Source: Vampirovibrionaceae bacterium NZW_1234
GTDB taxonomy: Bacteria > Cyanobacteriota > Vampirovibrionia > Vampirovibrionales > JAGQHJ01
Assembly (NCBI GenBank): GCA_041697335.1
Contig: JBGUGD010000016.1
Span: 64,001 to 128,000 of the forward strand
Length of the DNA stretch: 64,000 bases
Direction: 5' to 3'
Shown: positions 29,622 to 39,203 of the stretch, in pieces
Layout: each line of letters begins with the position of its first letter
How positions within the stretch are numbered: the first letter of the stretch is position 1
Program-made: the position numbers and the translations under genes
The notes under the pieces: model-generated
What the model was told of the DNA's origin: nothing
The model's database searches: none
What the model saw: only the letters and a program-made list of their open reading frames with translations

Positions 29622-30378
29622 ACTGCAAGACCGAGGTTAAGTACAAAACAGCAGTTTCACTACGCAAGATCCTATCACCCAAGTGCACCGCATGAAACCC
29701 TGTGTGCTCAAACCTGACCAGCTCATCTGTCGTCCAACCTCCTTCAGGCCCAATGGCGAAAACCACCCCAGATACAAACTCTTGAGAGTTTGCCAATACG
29801 GAGGAAACTGGCGTACCACCTCGTTCAGATGCCACCAGCTTCAAAAGCGCTTTTTCCTGACTTAACGAGGTGAGCCATTCATTAAGTGCTATAGGCTGGG
29901 CCAAATGAGGAATCTGAATTTGTTCAGACTGCTCTGCCGCTTGTGTTAGGATATCTTCCCATCGTGCCTTTTTATACTCGGGCTTTTTCACGTCAACAAT
30001 GGTCCTGTCTGTCATTAAAGGCACAATATGACGAACCCCAAGCTCAGTGAGTTTCTGTAAAAGCCACTCCCAGCGCTGACCTTTAATAAGAGCCACACCC
30101 GCTGTAATCGGCACATTATCCTGGCTAGAGCGCTCCAAAAGGGATAAGACTCGAACCGTTAGTAATTTTGGACGAGAAGAGAGAACCTCACAAACATAGG
30201 CTCTTTTCTCTCTTCTATTTACGAGAACCAGGTATTCACCCGGCCGCACCCGCACCACCGTTACAACACGGTGCACCAGCGAAGCATCCCCAATATCCAG
30301 CTCAACGGGGAAGGAGTCAATAGCTGAGCTGAATTCGGTGAAGAACCAGGGGGCATTAAGCTGTTTTTTGGCAGACAA
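29590..30378 (-). CDS. rsmE: 16S rRNA m3U1498 methyltransferase
   Basis: KLTELGV, AAEQS, IGPEGG and LGDRILRSETA motifs; probable TTG start at 30378 after AAGGAG. Confidence 0.93.
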   Translation of the reverse strand: MSAKKQLNAPWFFTEFSSAIDSFPVELDIGDASLVHRVVTVVRVRPGEYLVLVNRREKRAYVCEVLSSRPKLLTVRVLSLLERSSQDNVPITAGVALIKGQRWEWLLQKLTELGVRHIVPLMTDRTIVDVKKPEYKKARWEDILTQAAEQSEQIQIPHLAQPIALNEWLTSLSQEKALLKLVASERGGTPVSSVLANSQEFVSGVVFAIGPEGGWTTDELVRFEHTGFHAVHLGDRILRSETAVLYLTSVLQYVFSQHQPEF

Positions 30379-31240
30379 GAGCGACCCAATCTCCTTTTTG
30401 AAGAACTCTGCGCAGCACAAGTGGCTGATATGAAATAGCGGTGAGCATCTCCGGCAATTGCGTTCGCATAATACCACTGAGCATCAAAAGCCCATCCCGT
30501 TGCATTGTTGCGACCAATGCATTCAGCATCTCTTGTATGACTGTCGCTAAGATATTGGCTAAAACCAGAGCAAAGTCATCGGGAAGCATATCGTCAATGG
30601 ATGCTGAAGAACATAAAATATGATTAGAAACATGATTCAACGCCACATTTTCCTTGGCAACCTTTACAGCGACCGGATCATTATCAATAGCCACACAACG
30701 GGAAACGCCGCGTTTGGCGGCATAAATCGCCAAGATACCCGAACCCGTTCCGACATCCAAGAGAGAGTCCATATTTACATCTTGATAATCCAGTGTTTCA
30801 CACAGCAAATACAGCATTAACTGCGTGGTCTCATGTGTTCCAGTACCGAAGGCTGACCCCGGATCCAACTGTAACACGATGTCTTCAGGCTCTGGAGAAA
30901 ATAACTCCCAGCTAGGCTGAATGATGAGGTTGGGTAATAAGCGGGTGACTTTCCAATATTGCTTCCAAGACTCTGCCCAATCCTCTTCAGTAATTAAAAC
31001 AGCTGCACCCACTTGAACCTCATCCATCATCTCAATTTGCAAAAGCAAGTTCCGGATATCCGATTCCAAAGTTTGACTGGGGCCAATGACCTGAAAGCCC
31101 AAAAAGCGATCCCGACCATCAAAACGCTGGGTAATACTATCAACTCCTGGGATGACCCAGAGCAATTCTTCTAAATAGTCAGCCTGATCAACGTTATCGA
31201 AAAACAAAGTGACCGATGTGCGGGGTATCGTCTCCACCAT
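30356..31240 (-). CDS. prmA: Ribosomal protein L11 methyltransferase
   Basis: DWAESWK, DPGSAFGTGTHETT, LDVGTGSGIL, ANIL and SGI motifs. Confidence 0.95.
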   Translation of the reverse strand: MVETIPRTSVTLFFDNVDQADYLEELLWVIPGVDSITQRFDGRDRFLGFQVIGPSQTLESDIRNLLLQIEMMDEVQVGAAVLITEEDWAESWKQYWKVTRLLPNLIIQPSWELFSPEPEDIVLQLDPGSAFGTGTHETTQLMLYLLCETLDYQDVNMDSLLDVGTGSGILAIYAAKRGVSRCVAIDNDPVAVKVAKENVALNHVSNHILCSSASIDDMLPDDFALVLANILATVIQEMLNALVATMQRDGLLMLSGIMRTQLPEMLTAISYQPLVLRRVLQKGDWVALVCQKTA

Positions 31241-31480
31241 GACGTGCGACCTCAAACGCTTATGACGATATTGTAGCGACAGGGCCAAGCAATCCGTCAA
31301 GGCATTTAAACGACTCATTCTTGTCCAACAAGCTTTTTAGCGATGCCCATCTCTCATCCGACATGTTCAAACCGGGGATTTTATGCTAGAGTCTTGCTAT
31401 TCGGCCAAAGCTTGGTCCTATTACCTGAGACTGGTTGAACTTGATTCTATCGTTGATGCGGCTTTAGAAAGGATACCTTG

Positions 31481-32680
31481 ATGCAACCCTCCAAAAAATT
31501 GTCTCAAATTCCGCCTTATTTGTTTGCTGAGTTGGATAAAAAAATTGATGCAGCCAAAGCCCAAGGCCGTGATGTTATCAATTTGGGCATCGGGGATCCG
31601 GATTTACCCACCCCAGCACCCATCGTGGCCTCCATGAGCAAAGCGATTGAAGATGCCTCCAATCACAACTACCCACCGTATCGAGGCACCGCAGAGTTTC
31701 GCGCTGCAGTTGCCCGCTGGATGGCAAGCCGTTTTAACGTAACCGTCAATCCTGACACAGAAGTCATGTCGTTGATTGGCTCGAAAGAAGGCATTGCTCA
31801 TTTGATTATGGCGTACGTCGACTCTGGTGATGTGGTCTTGGCGCCAGCACCGGGATACCCGGTTTATCGGAACTTTACGATTCTCAGCGGCGGAGAAGCC
31901 CATATTTTACCGCTGAAACCGGAAAACAATTTTCTTCCCGACTACAGCAGCATTCCGAGCGATGTTGCAAAACGGGCCAAATTGCTGTTTTTGAACTACC
32001 CCAACAACCCGACCGGTGCCGTTATGGCGGAGGGTTTTATGAATGAAACCATTGCTTTCTGCAAAGAGCACCAAATCCTGTTATGCCATGACAACGCCTA
32101 CTCTGAAATGACCTTTGATGGTTATCGTGCCCCCAGTTTTTTAGAAGCTCCCGGCGCTAAAGACATCTGCGTTGAAATGTTCAGCCTGAGCAAGATGTAC
32201 AATATGACAGGCTGGCGTGTGGGTTTTGCTGTTGGTAACAAAGGTGCTATTGATGCATTGGGAACCATCAAGAACAACTGTGATAGCGGTGTCTTTAAAG
32301 CGATTCAGCAATGTGCTATTGAAGGTTTAAACCGCTCTGACAAACTGTTAGCCAACTTAAACCAAATCTATGCCAAACGCCGTGATATTTTTGTCAAAGG
32401 CCTGCAAGAGATGGGTTGGGATTTTCAACCCAATGTGGCCACATTTTACCTTTGGATTCCTGTGCCCCAAGGCTATACCGACTTGGAATTTGTGGAATTC
32501 CTGTTGGAAAAATGTGATATTGTCGTCGCTCCTGGAACGGGCTATGGCGATGCCGGTGCTGGCTTCTTCCGCGTAGCACTCACTCAGGAAGATCATCGAG
32601 TGGAAGAAGCGATTCGCCGGATGAAGGCACAGGGCGTTCATTTTTCCGGCTTAAAGACGTCTGCGGGAACCCATGCTTAG
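31481..32680 (+). CDS. dapL: LL-diaminopimelate aminotransferase-like PLP enzyme
   Basis: PPYLFA, LGIGDPD, GSKEG, NYPNNPTG, DNAY and SLSKMYNMTGWRVG motifs. Confidence 0.8.
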   Translation: MQPSKKLSQIPPYLFAELDKKIDAAKAQGRDVINLGIGDPDLPTPAPIVASMSKAIEDASNHNYPPYRGTAEFRAAVARWMASRFNVTVNPDTEVMSLIGSKEGIAHLIMAYVDSGDVVLAPAPGYPVYRNFTILSGGEAHILPLKPENNFLPDYSSIPSDVAKRAKLLFLNYPNNPTGAVMAEGFMNETIAFCKEHQILLCHDNAYSEMTFDGYRAPSFLEAPGAKDICVEMFSLSKMYNMTGWRVGFAVGNKGAIDALGTIKNNCDSGVFKAIQQCAIEGLNRSDKLLANLNQIYAKRRDIFVKGLQEMGWDFQPNVATFYLWIPVPQGYTDLEFVEFLLEKCDIVVAPGTGYGDAGAGFFRVALTQEDHRVEEAIRRMKAQGVHFSGLKTSAGTHA

Positions 32681-34040
32681 AACCTCGCTGGCCGTTGCCG
32701 CAGGAAAAATCAGTGCTGAGCTCATTAAAGTCTTTCACGTGGGCTCAGGGACTTCCTTACCCGGCAAAGTGGCTCTAAAAGTCGATTCCCAACTTTTGTC
32801 GAACCTGGGACGCCAGGTTCGACAAAAGACGGTCAGTATTACAGGTACCAACGGAAAAAGCACTACGGCAGGTCTGCTGTCTGCATTTATTGAGGCAGGA
32901 CAAGCGCAGGTGGTGCATAATCAACTGGGTGCAAATATGCTTCCTGGGATTACGGCCGCTTTGGTCAAACAAAGTTCTCTGATTGGCCGACTTTCTGCAG
33001 ATTATGGCGTTATTGAGGTTGATGAAGCCTCTTTACCCGGTGTTGCCCAAGCTATCCGTCAGGACTTGACTGTGGTAACCAATTTATTTCGAGATCAATT
33101 AGATCGCTATGGTGAATTAGACACAACAGCCAGACTCATCCACCAAGGCATTGAAAATAGCGGCGGTTATTTAGCACTGAACGCTGATGATCCTATGGTC
33201 GCTAGTATAGGCCGTCATTTTCCACCTGAAAAGGTTGTTTATTATGGGGTTGACCACGTTGACTACCCCCATGACATTGCCCTGAACTACCCTGTCCCCT
33301 TTCCCAAAGAAGTCACGGATTGTCCGGTTTGCCAAGCAAGCCTGAACTATTCAAAGACGCTTTACGGCCATCTAGGCCACTATGCTTGTCCTCAATGTGG
33401 TTTTGCCCGACCTCAGCCTCAAGTCTTGGCAGACACCATTGATATCAATGCCGAAAGCACTCAGATTAAATTACATTGGGAAAGTCAACCGTCGGTTAAC
33501 CTGACATTGCATCTCCCCGGCTTATTCAATGCCTATAACTTACTTGCCGCCTCGGCCGCTGTTTACTGGCTAAAATTACCCTTGAGCCAAATTGAGCGGG
33601 GTCTGTCTCGCTACACCAGTATTTTTGGCCGTGCTGAAAAACGCTTCATTGACAATAAACCTGTCATGATCCTCCTGATAAAGAACCCTATCGGGGCCTC
33701 GGAAGTGCTCAAAGTTACTGCCACAGACCCTAATGCCCGTTTGGTTATTATGATTAACGATAACTACGCCGATGGACGTGACATTTCCTGGCTGTGGGAT
33801 GCCCCATTCGAACTTTTACGACAAGCCTCCAGGCCGATTGTGGTCTCAGGCCATCGAGCAGAAGACATGGCTCTGCGCTTACGCTATGCAGAGGTACCCA
33901 GCGACCTGATTCAAGTTGAGCCTAATATTATGTCAGCCTTTTATCACAGTGTTCGTGAAGCTAAGCCAGGGGAAACGGTTTATGTCCTTCCAACGTATAC
34001 GGCGCTTCTTCAGCTGAGCCAAGCGATCGGGAGCCGATAG
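32673..34040 (+). CDS. murT: MurT-type Mur ligase (lipid II isoglutaminyl synthase subunit)
   Basis: TGTNGKSTT, EVDE, NLFRDQLDRYGE, CPxC...CPxCG, KNP, DGRDISWLWD and PTYTA motifs. Confidence 0.9.
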   Translation: MLRTSLAVAAGKISAELIKVFHVGSGTSLPGKVALKVDSQLLSNLGRQVRQKTVSITGTNGKSTTAGLLSAFIEAGQAQVVHNQLGANMLPGITAALVKQSSLIGRLSADYGVIEVDEASLPGVAQAIRQDLTVVTNLFRDQLDRYGELDTTARLIHQGIENSGGYLALNADDPMVASIGRHFPPEKVVYYGVDHVDYPHDIALNYPVPFPKEVTDCPVCQASLNYSKTLYGHLGHYACPQCGFARPQPQVLADTIDINAESTQIKLHWESQPSVNLTLHLPGLFNAYNLLAASAAVYWLKLPLSQIERGLSRYTSIFGRAEKRFIDNKPVMILLIKNPIGASEVLKVTATDPNARLVIMINDNYADGRDISWLWDAPFELLRQASRPIVVSGHRAEDMALRLRYAEVPSDLIQVEPNIMSAFYHSVREAKPGETVYVLPTYTALLQLSQAIGSR

Positions 34041-35127
34041 CTTTTAACATGGCAGCAATTAGCGCTGCCTCAACCCGTTTGGACAGCTTCTTACGAACAT
34101 CATAGCCCATATGTGGGTCATTCAAGGTTTTCAAGCGAATGCTTTGGCGTACGGTGTGTTTATACAAGTACTGTTGATAAAGATCCTGGGGGGTGACCGT
34201 CTTGCCAATCGTGCGACTTAGAATCTGAGTCAAGAGTTGCTGAATACGCTTAAAGTCCCGTCTCACAGGGCGAACCTCTGACAGATTCTGGGGTACGTCT
34301 GCATGGCGTGAAATTAAACGACCCAGCTGTTTCTTTAGACGACGCTCTTTGCCATGAGTGGCTTCACGCAGTTCCTGGAACTCGCCCTTCCACTGTTCGC
34401 GCAAGTATTGAGCCAAGTGCTGGTATTTATTCTCTTCTCGCAACGTGGCCATACGAATATAGGTCAATGTCAACAGCGTACGGGTTTGATCCATGTCCCT
34501 TGCCGTCGGTTTAGGACCAAGCACCGGTGAAAACCAATGGGATTGCGGCTGAAAAATTAATTGTGCTGCAGCCCGGAGTTGATCCTCGGGAATGCTTTTC
34601 GCAACCGTCTGAGCCACGCCCATAATATCTTTATCCGAGGGGAAATAAACACGCCCTTGACCGGCAGACCCTTTTAACCGAGTTAAGGCTTGTTGTGTTT
34701 TACGAAATGTCGAGTCCGTATCAGATAATAAGCCTTCTTGTTGAAGCATAGCCCCGACGGCTTCATACCAAGTATCAGCACCCTCTTCAAGGATAAGCAC
34801 TTTACCGGACATAATTTTTTCTTTAAATGTCGGTGCTGGCAGGGATTCCAAGACAGGCTTCAGCGAGCGTCTGACTGGCCCTGGCAATAAGCGCCAAGTC
34901 ATGATCGTACTGATATTCTTGTTGGAATCGGTTGTTACAGGCTTGACAGGTGGAGCTGCCGAGCTCTTAAAGAAATCGGTTTCGGCATAAACTTGGTCTA
35001 ACCCTGTGGCCACAGGAGCAAAATCGAGGAATTGGCTTCCAAAACGAACAGGAACAGGTTGCAAAACGCCCATAGAAGCACGTCGATTCGAAACCGAAGT
35101 AAAAACCGACTGAAGAGCGCTTACCAC
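33961..35127 (-). CDS. Hypothetical protein with PVRFG leader and basic helical C-terminus
   Basis: 388 aa open frame; 80-bp convergent overlap with murT; no recognisable domain. Confidence 0.7.
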   Translation of the reverse strand: MVSALQSVFTSVSNRRASMGVLQPVPVRFGSQFLDFAPVATGLDQVYAETDFFKSSAAPPVKPVTTDSNKNISTIMTWRLLPGPVRRSLKPVLESLPAPTFKEKIMSGKVLILEEGADTWYEAVGAMLQQEGLLSDTDSTFRKTQQALTRLKGSAGQGRVYFPSDKDIMGVAQTVAKSIPEDQLRAAAQLIFQPQSHWFSPVLGPKPTARDMDQTRTLLTLTYIRMATLREENKYQHLAQYLREQWKGEFQELREATHGKERRLKKQLGRLISRHADVPQNLSEVRPVRRDFKRIQQLLTQILSRTIGKTVTPQDLYQQYLYKHTVRQSIRLKTLNDPHMGYDVRKKLSKRVEAALIAAMLKAIGSRSLGSAEEAPYTLEGHKPFPLA

Positions 35128-35796
35128 GTAAACATCCCCGTATTAATAAGCCTAATACGATTTCTCAGAAGATACCACGCCATTGTGTCAAATTGATGAC
35201 AGACTTCGAAATGATAGGACTTTTTCACGCCAGTGCCCCTCATCTTACCCAACCGTTTTGCAGCGATGAAAGCTGCTATGGCCCAACTCAAGGCAAATGG
35301 TATCATAAATGCCATTTTGATGCACTTAGCCTCCAGGCATAATGTAGGTAAATAGGGGCGCAACCAATCCCTACATGTCGACTTTGTGAACACGTGTGAA
35401 CGGCTTTTTCAATGAAACCAAATCCGCCTCCAAAATTGCGGCCTCCGATCATCATCTTGTTCTCCACCAAACAATGGAAGCCTTTCACCCCAATTTCTGA
35501 ACCCTAGCACTGAAACACTGATTCTGCCCAGCATCTTCATCACCTCCTCAGGAGAAAAAACACTTTCCTATTTCAGCATCACACCTTTCGTGGGAAGGAT
35601 GTCTTTTCTGCCACAACGTTCCCTTTGTTCATCCCAAGTAAATAGACCCTCCCATATCCGTCCTTCTCATTTCAAGATCCTGAGAGCAGGGTGAAAAAAT
35701 CCTTTGACTATGGGAAGTCAAATCCCCAGGAATTCAGTAGAGTAACTGTATTACATGCCCATTTTCTTGGGAAAACCGAGTTATAAAGGCGTATCC

Positions 35797-36606
35797 ATGT
35801 CAGAGGCATCTCCCAGACCCGTCTCCAAAAAAAGCACATCCCGCTCTGTATCAGATGATCAGGAAGTTTTGGTCCTGTGGCAGCAATACAAATCGCAGCC
35901 AAACAACCCTCAACTTCGTGAAAAGCTTATATTAAAGTACTTACATTTAGTCCGATATGTGGTAAGCCGGCTTCCCATTTCGCTTCCCGTCAGTATCGGT
36001 CAGGAAGATCTAATAAGCTACGGGACCATGGGTCTCATGGAGGCCGTAGAGCGCTATGACTTGTCTCGAGGATTAAAATTTGAAACCTACGCCGTAACTC
36101 GGATTCGGGGAGCTATCATTGATCAGCTTCGCTTTCAGGATTGGGTGCCTCGAGGAGTCCGAAAACGTTCTAAGGACGTCGCCGATGCCATGGCCCGGCT
36201 GGAAGAAAAGCTAGGGCGAAACCCCACCGAAGACGAATTGGCACAAGAATTAGGTGTAAACAAGAACAAGCTCAAGTCTATGTTGGCAGAGAGCAATAAT
36301 CTACTAATTTCCTTGGATGAATCCCGGGGCGATGACAGCTCAGGTGCTTCTGCATCCTTAATGGATTTGGTTGAAGACAAAAACAGCCCTGATCCCCAAG
36401 CAGAGCTGGAAGCAGGAGAACTTAAACAACGCCTTGCCAGTGCTATTGGCAAGCTGCCTGAAAGAGAAAAACTGCTGATTGCCCTGTATTACCATGAAAA
36501 TATGACTTTAAAAGAAATTGGCGAGGTCATTAACGTTTCTGAGTCTCGGGTCTGCCAACTCCATGCACAAGCAATCCTAAGACTGCGGAGCGCCTTAAAT
36601 CAATGA
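35797..36606 (+). CDS. fliA: RNA polymerase sigma factor FliA/WhiG (sigma28)
   Basis: DLISYG...KFETYA-x-x-RIRGAIIDQLR-x-x-DWVPR and TLKEIG-x-x-x-NVSESRVCQLH motifs. Confidence 0.93.
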   Translation: MSEASPRPVSKKSTSRSVSDDQEVLVLWQQYKSQPNNPQLREKLILKYLHLVRYVVSRLPISLPVSIGQEDLISYGTMGLMEAVERYDLSRGLKFETYAVTRIRGAIIDQLRFQDWVPRGVRKRSKDVADAMARLEEKLGRNPTEDELAQELGVNKNKLKSMLAESNNLLISLDESRGDDSSGASASLMDLVEDKNSPDPQAELEAGELKQRLASAIGKLPEREKLLIALYYHENMTLKEIGEVINVSESRVCQLHAQAILRLRSALNQ

Positions 36607-37238
36607 GCCCTGCAGAGGTTCGTCTTGGTTATCTCCTGGTCGCATCACCTGTTGCCAACGTCTTTATTGGCGGCCTAATGGTGGTCGACAAACGAGGACT
36701 TCCGATTGAATTCCGCTACACCGAGCCTATTCAGCCCACTAAGATTCAACAAATTCTATATGGGGCAGCTCTAAACCGTTACATTAAATCTGAGGTTATT
36801 CTGGAAACCCTGCTGAAAAGCTTGGAAACAAAACCCAACTTGATTATTGTGAATGACGATTGCTTTTTATCTGAAGACATCGTGACCAAAGAGTTTGAAG
36901 TTGTAAGGCTGACAGAAACCAAATCAGGGCCTTTGAAGTCCTCTGTTGGGGGTGTCGAAAAAATTTCTGCGTCAGAATTTTTGCTACAACTCACTGCAGA
37001 AAGCAGTCCTGTTCGTGTTCAATTGGCTGCCACCAACAGTGCGGGTTCAGGACCCGGTGGCGTGAAAAGTCTTCCCAATAAGTCTCAGGACCCAAACACC
37101 ACCTTCCAAGGTACCCCACTCTATACCTTGCTGGTGGAAACAGGCAAAAGCACAGACATTTTAGAACCCTTAAACCGTGTTGAGAAAGCGTTGACCGTGT
37201 TATGTCAGGAAGCCGGGATAAAAGCTACCGCAAGCTAA
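36603..37238 (+). CDS. Hypothetical protein translationally coupled to fliA
   Basis: ATGA overlap with the fliA stop; 211 aa. Confidence 0.8.
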   Translation: MSPAEVRLGYLLVASPVANVFIGGLMVVDKRGLPIEFRYTEPIQPTKIQQILYGAALNRYIKSEVILETLLKSLETKPNLIIVNDDCFLSEDIVTKEFEVVRLTETKSGPLKSSVGGVEKISASEFLLQLTAESSPVRVQLAATNSAGSGPGGVKSLPNKSQDPNTTFQGTPLYTLLVETGKSTDILEPLNRVEKALTVLCQEAGIKATAS

Positions 37239-38086
37239 TTCATGACATTAAAGAAACCTTGCGTATTCATTTCCAGGGCATTGAAAGCCATTCTCTTGAC
37301 CTGGGACTTTTCTCATTTGGCACCTTCTACCCTCTAACACCCTCATTTGAGATTTACGGTGGCGTTTTTACCGTCTCCAATGTTGCTTGCCATGCAGTCG
37401 ATTTGGTGAATAAGACAACATCAATTGCTGCAGACCTTGCAATGAAAGCCCATGCAAACACAGGCTCAATGCAAATTGAAACACCTCCAGTGATACTACC
37501 CTCACTAGCGATGTTTCCACCCCCACAGCCAAAATCACTGGCGCTTTTATCGGAAAAGCCAACACTTTATCAATGCCCTATCACGGGTTTTCATCCTCAT
37601 TTACCAAATCGCATCCGGCCCTCCGAACTTAAGTTTAAAAAGCCCAAAACCCCACAAAAACTTGTAGCAGCAAAAATCAAGTCCCCGGTAACGTATGGGT
37701 ATCGTGCTGCCATAAAAGCTAGGGCATTGGTCCTATCCGCAAGCAAACGCAATTTGCCCATCTATCGAAAACCCATTCCGGCACACCGGTTTTCTCGAGC
37801 CCATCGTGAATTGTTTCGCGAAAAGTTAGCAAAACAGAGTGGCCTACCTGCAAATGAGATTCATTTGGTCAATGTTTATGACCGGATTTATCTGGGAGTG
37901 TATCAATCGTGGTCGCAAACCGACGACGGCTTATTGCTTTGTACACCCAAACCCCTGAGTACCCTCACCTCCTCAACCAAAGACAGCCTCTCCGGCTATT
38001 TAGTTATTGGCAAATCCCCAAGAAAACCGGGCAATATATTACAAACCATTGTGACCGCCAAGGAATTGCTGGATGCCTCAGAGTAA
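37202..38086 (+). CDS. Hypothetical basic, Pro-rich protein (start uncertain)
   Basis: 294 aa ORF filling the gap between its two overlapping neighbours. Confidence 0.6.
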   Translation: MSGSRDKSYRKLIHDIKETLRIHFQGIESHSLDLGLFSFGTFYPLTPSFEIYGGVFTVSNVACHAVDLVNKTTSIAADLAMKAHANTGSMQIETPPVILPSLAMFPPPQPKSLALLSEKPTLYQCPITGFHPHLPNRIRPSELKFKKPKTPQKLVAAKIKSPVTYGYRAAIKARALVLSASKRNLPIYRKPIPAHRFSRAHRELFREKLAKQSGLPANEIHLVNVYDRIYLGVYQSWSQTDDGLLLCTPKPLSTLTSSTKDSLSGYLVIGKSPRKPGNILQTIVTAKELLDASE

Positions 38087-39170
38087 GCTTCAATCCGAAT
38101 GTCTGCGGTATGACAGTATGTTAAAACACGCGCCCTTAGGCGTTGTCATTACAGACAATGTGGGTAAGCTGGTCTGGCTGAATCCTATTGCACAAAGTTA
38201 CTTGGGTGATCAGTTGCGCCTGGGCAAACCTGTCTTGAATTCAAAGGACTGGCCAGGATTCCGAGCACTTATTCTACAAAACAAACCTTTCTATTTTTTG
38301 ATTGAAGATCAGGGATTTACCTTTACACCCCAAGCTCTTGAAGATTCTGAATCGCCTCGTACCTTGTTGTGGATTGTTCCCTCGGTATCACTGGATGTTG
38401 ATCTGGTCACCATGCAACAAGACCTGATTCGACAACGTAAAATGGCCAATTTGGGACGAATGATGGTCGAAATGGCCCATGAACTGAACAACCCCTTGAC
38501 CGGCATTTCCATGGGGACCCAATTGATCGGGATGTCCACCAAGCGGGCCCGCCGTCTTCTGCAGAGCGCCTCTCTAAATCTTGAGGCCATAAAAGACATT
38601 CTGGATAAAATCGATCAGGAAAGCAGTAAAATATCCTCATCCACAGCTCGAGCATCTGCTCTGCGCCAAGAACTTTTGGCCTATAGTAAGCCTAATCCAT
38701 TAAACTTGAGGCCCTATCAAGCCAGTCGCCTTATTGAAACAGTTCTGGACAATTTTAGAAATCAACCCATCTTTCGTCACATGACTCTGAAATTGGAACT
38801 CTCAGACCGCTCTCCAACAATTTTGTGCGATGCCTCCAAGTTGGAACAAATTCTCTACAATTTACTCAAAAATGCTCATGATGCGACCCACGCCAAAGGC
38901 CAAGTCTGGATTCGTGAATTTGTGGACGAAAATTTTCTGACCATTGAAGTTGAAGACAACGGGCCTGGCATTCCTCCGGACTTGTTGGACAAAATCTTCT
39001 CTCCTTTTCTAACGACAAAACCCCGAACAGGAACTGGTCTTGGGTTAAGCATCAGTCAAGAGATTATTCAGCAACACGGCGGACGTTTTTCAGTTTATAA
39101 TAAACCTGAGTCTGGAGCCTGCTTTAAAATTCAGCTTCCAATCACAAACCAACCCGATGCTAGTGTCTAG
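38073..39170 (+). CDS. Cytoplasmic sensor histidine kinase (PAS-like + HisKA + HATPase)
   Basis: AHELNNPL, QILYNLLKNA, DNGPGI, FSPFLTTK and GTGLGL motifs; no TM helix. Confidence 0.93.
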   Translation: MPQSKLQSECLRYDSMLKHAPLGVVITDNVGKLVWLNPIAQSYLGDQLRLGKPVLNSKDWPGFRALILQNKPFYFLIEDQGFTFTPQALEDSESPRTLLWIVPSVSLDVDLVTMQQDLIRQRKMANLGRMMVEMAHELNNPLTGISMGTQLIGMSTKRARRLLQSASLNLEAIKDILDKIDQESSKISSSTARASALRQELLAYSKPNPLNLRPYQASRLIETVLDNFRNQPIFRHMTLKLELSDRSPTILCDASKLEQILYNLLKNAHDATHAKGQVWIREFVDENFLTIEVEDNGPGIPPDLLDKIFSPFLTTKPRTGTGLGLSISQEIIQQHGGRFSVYNKPESGACFKIQLPITNQPDASV

Positions 39171-39203
39171 CTCGTGCTGTTATCCTAAAAACAGGAGAGT
39201 AGT

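Noticed and set aside
30349..30358. prmA stop overlaps an ATG (TAATG) followed by C5 that is one base out of frame with rsmE, suggesting a frameshift or homopolymer error
   Set aside because: An in-frame TTG at 30378 with an AAGGAG RBS explains rsmE without a frameshift; read-level data would be needed to claim more.
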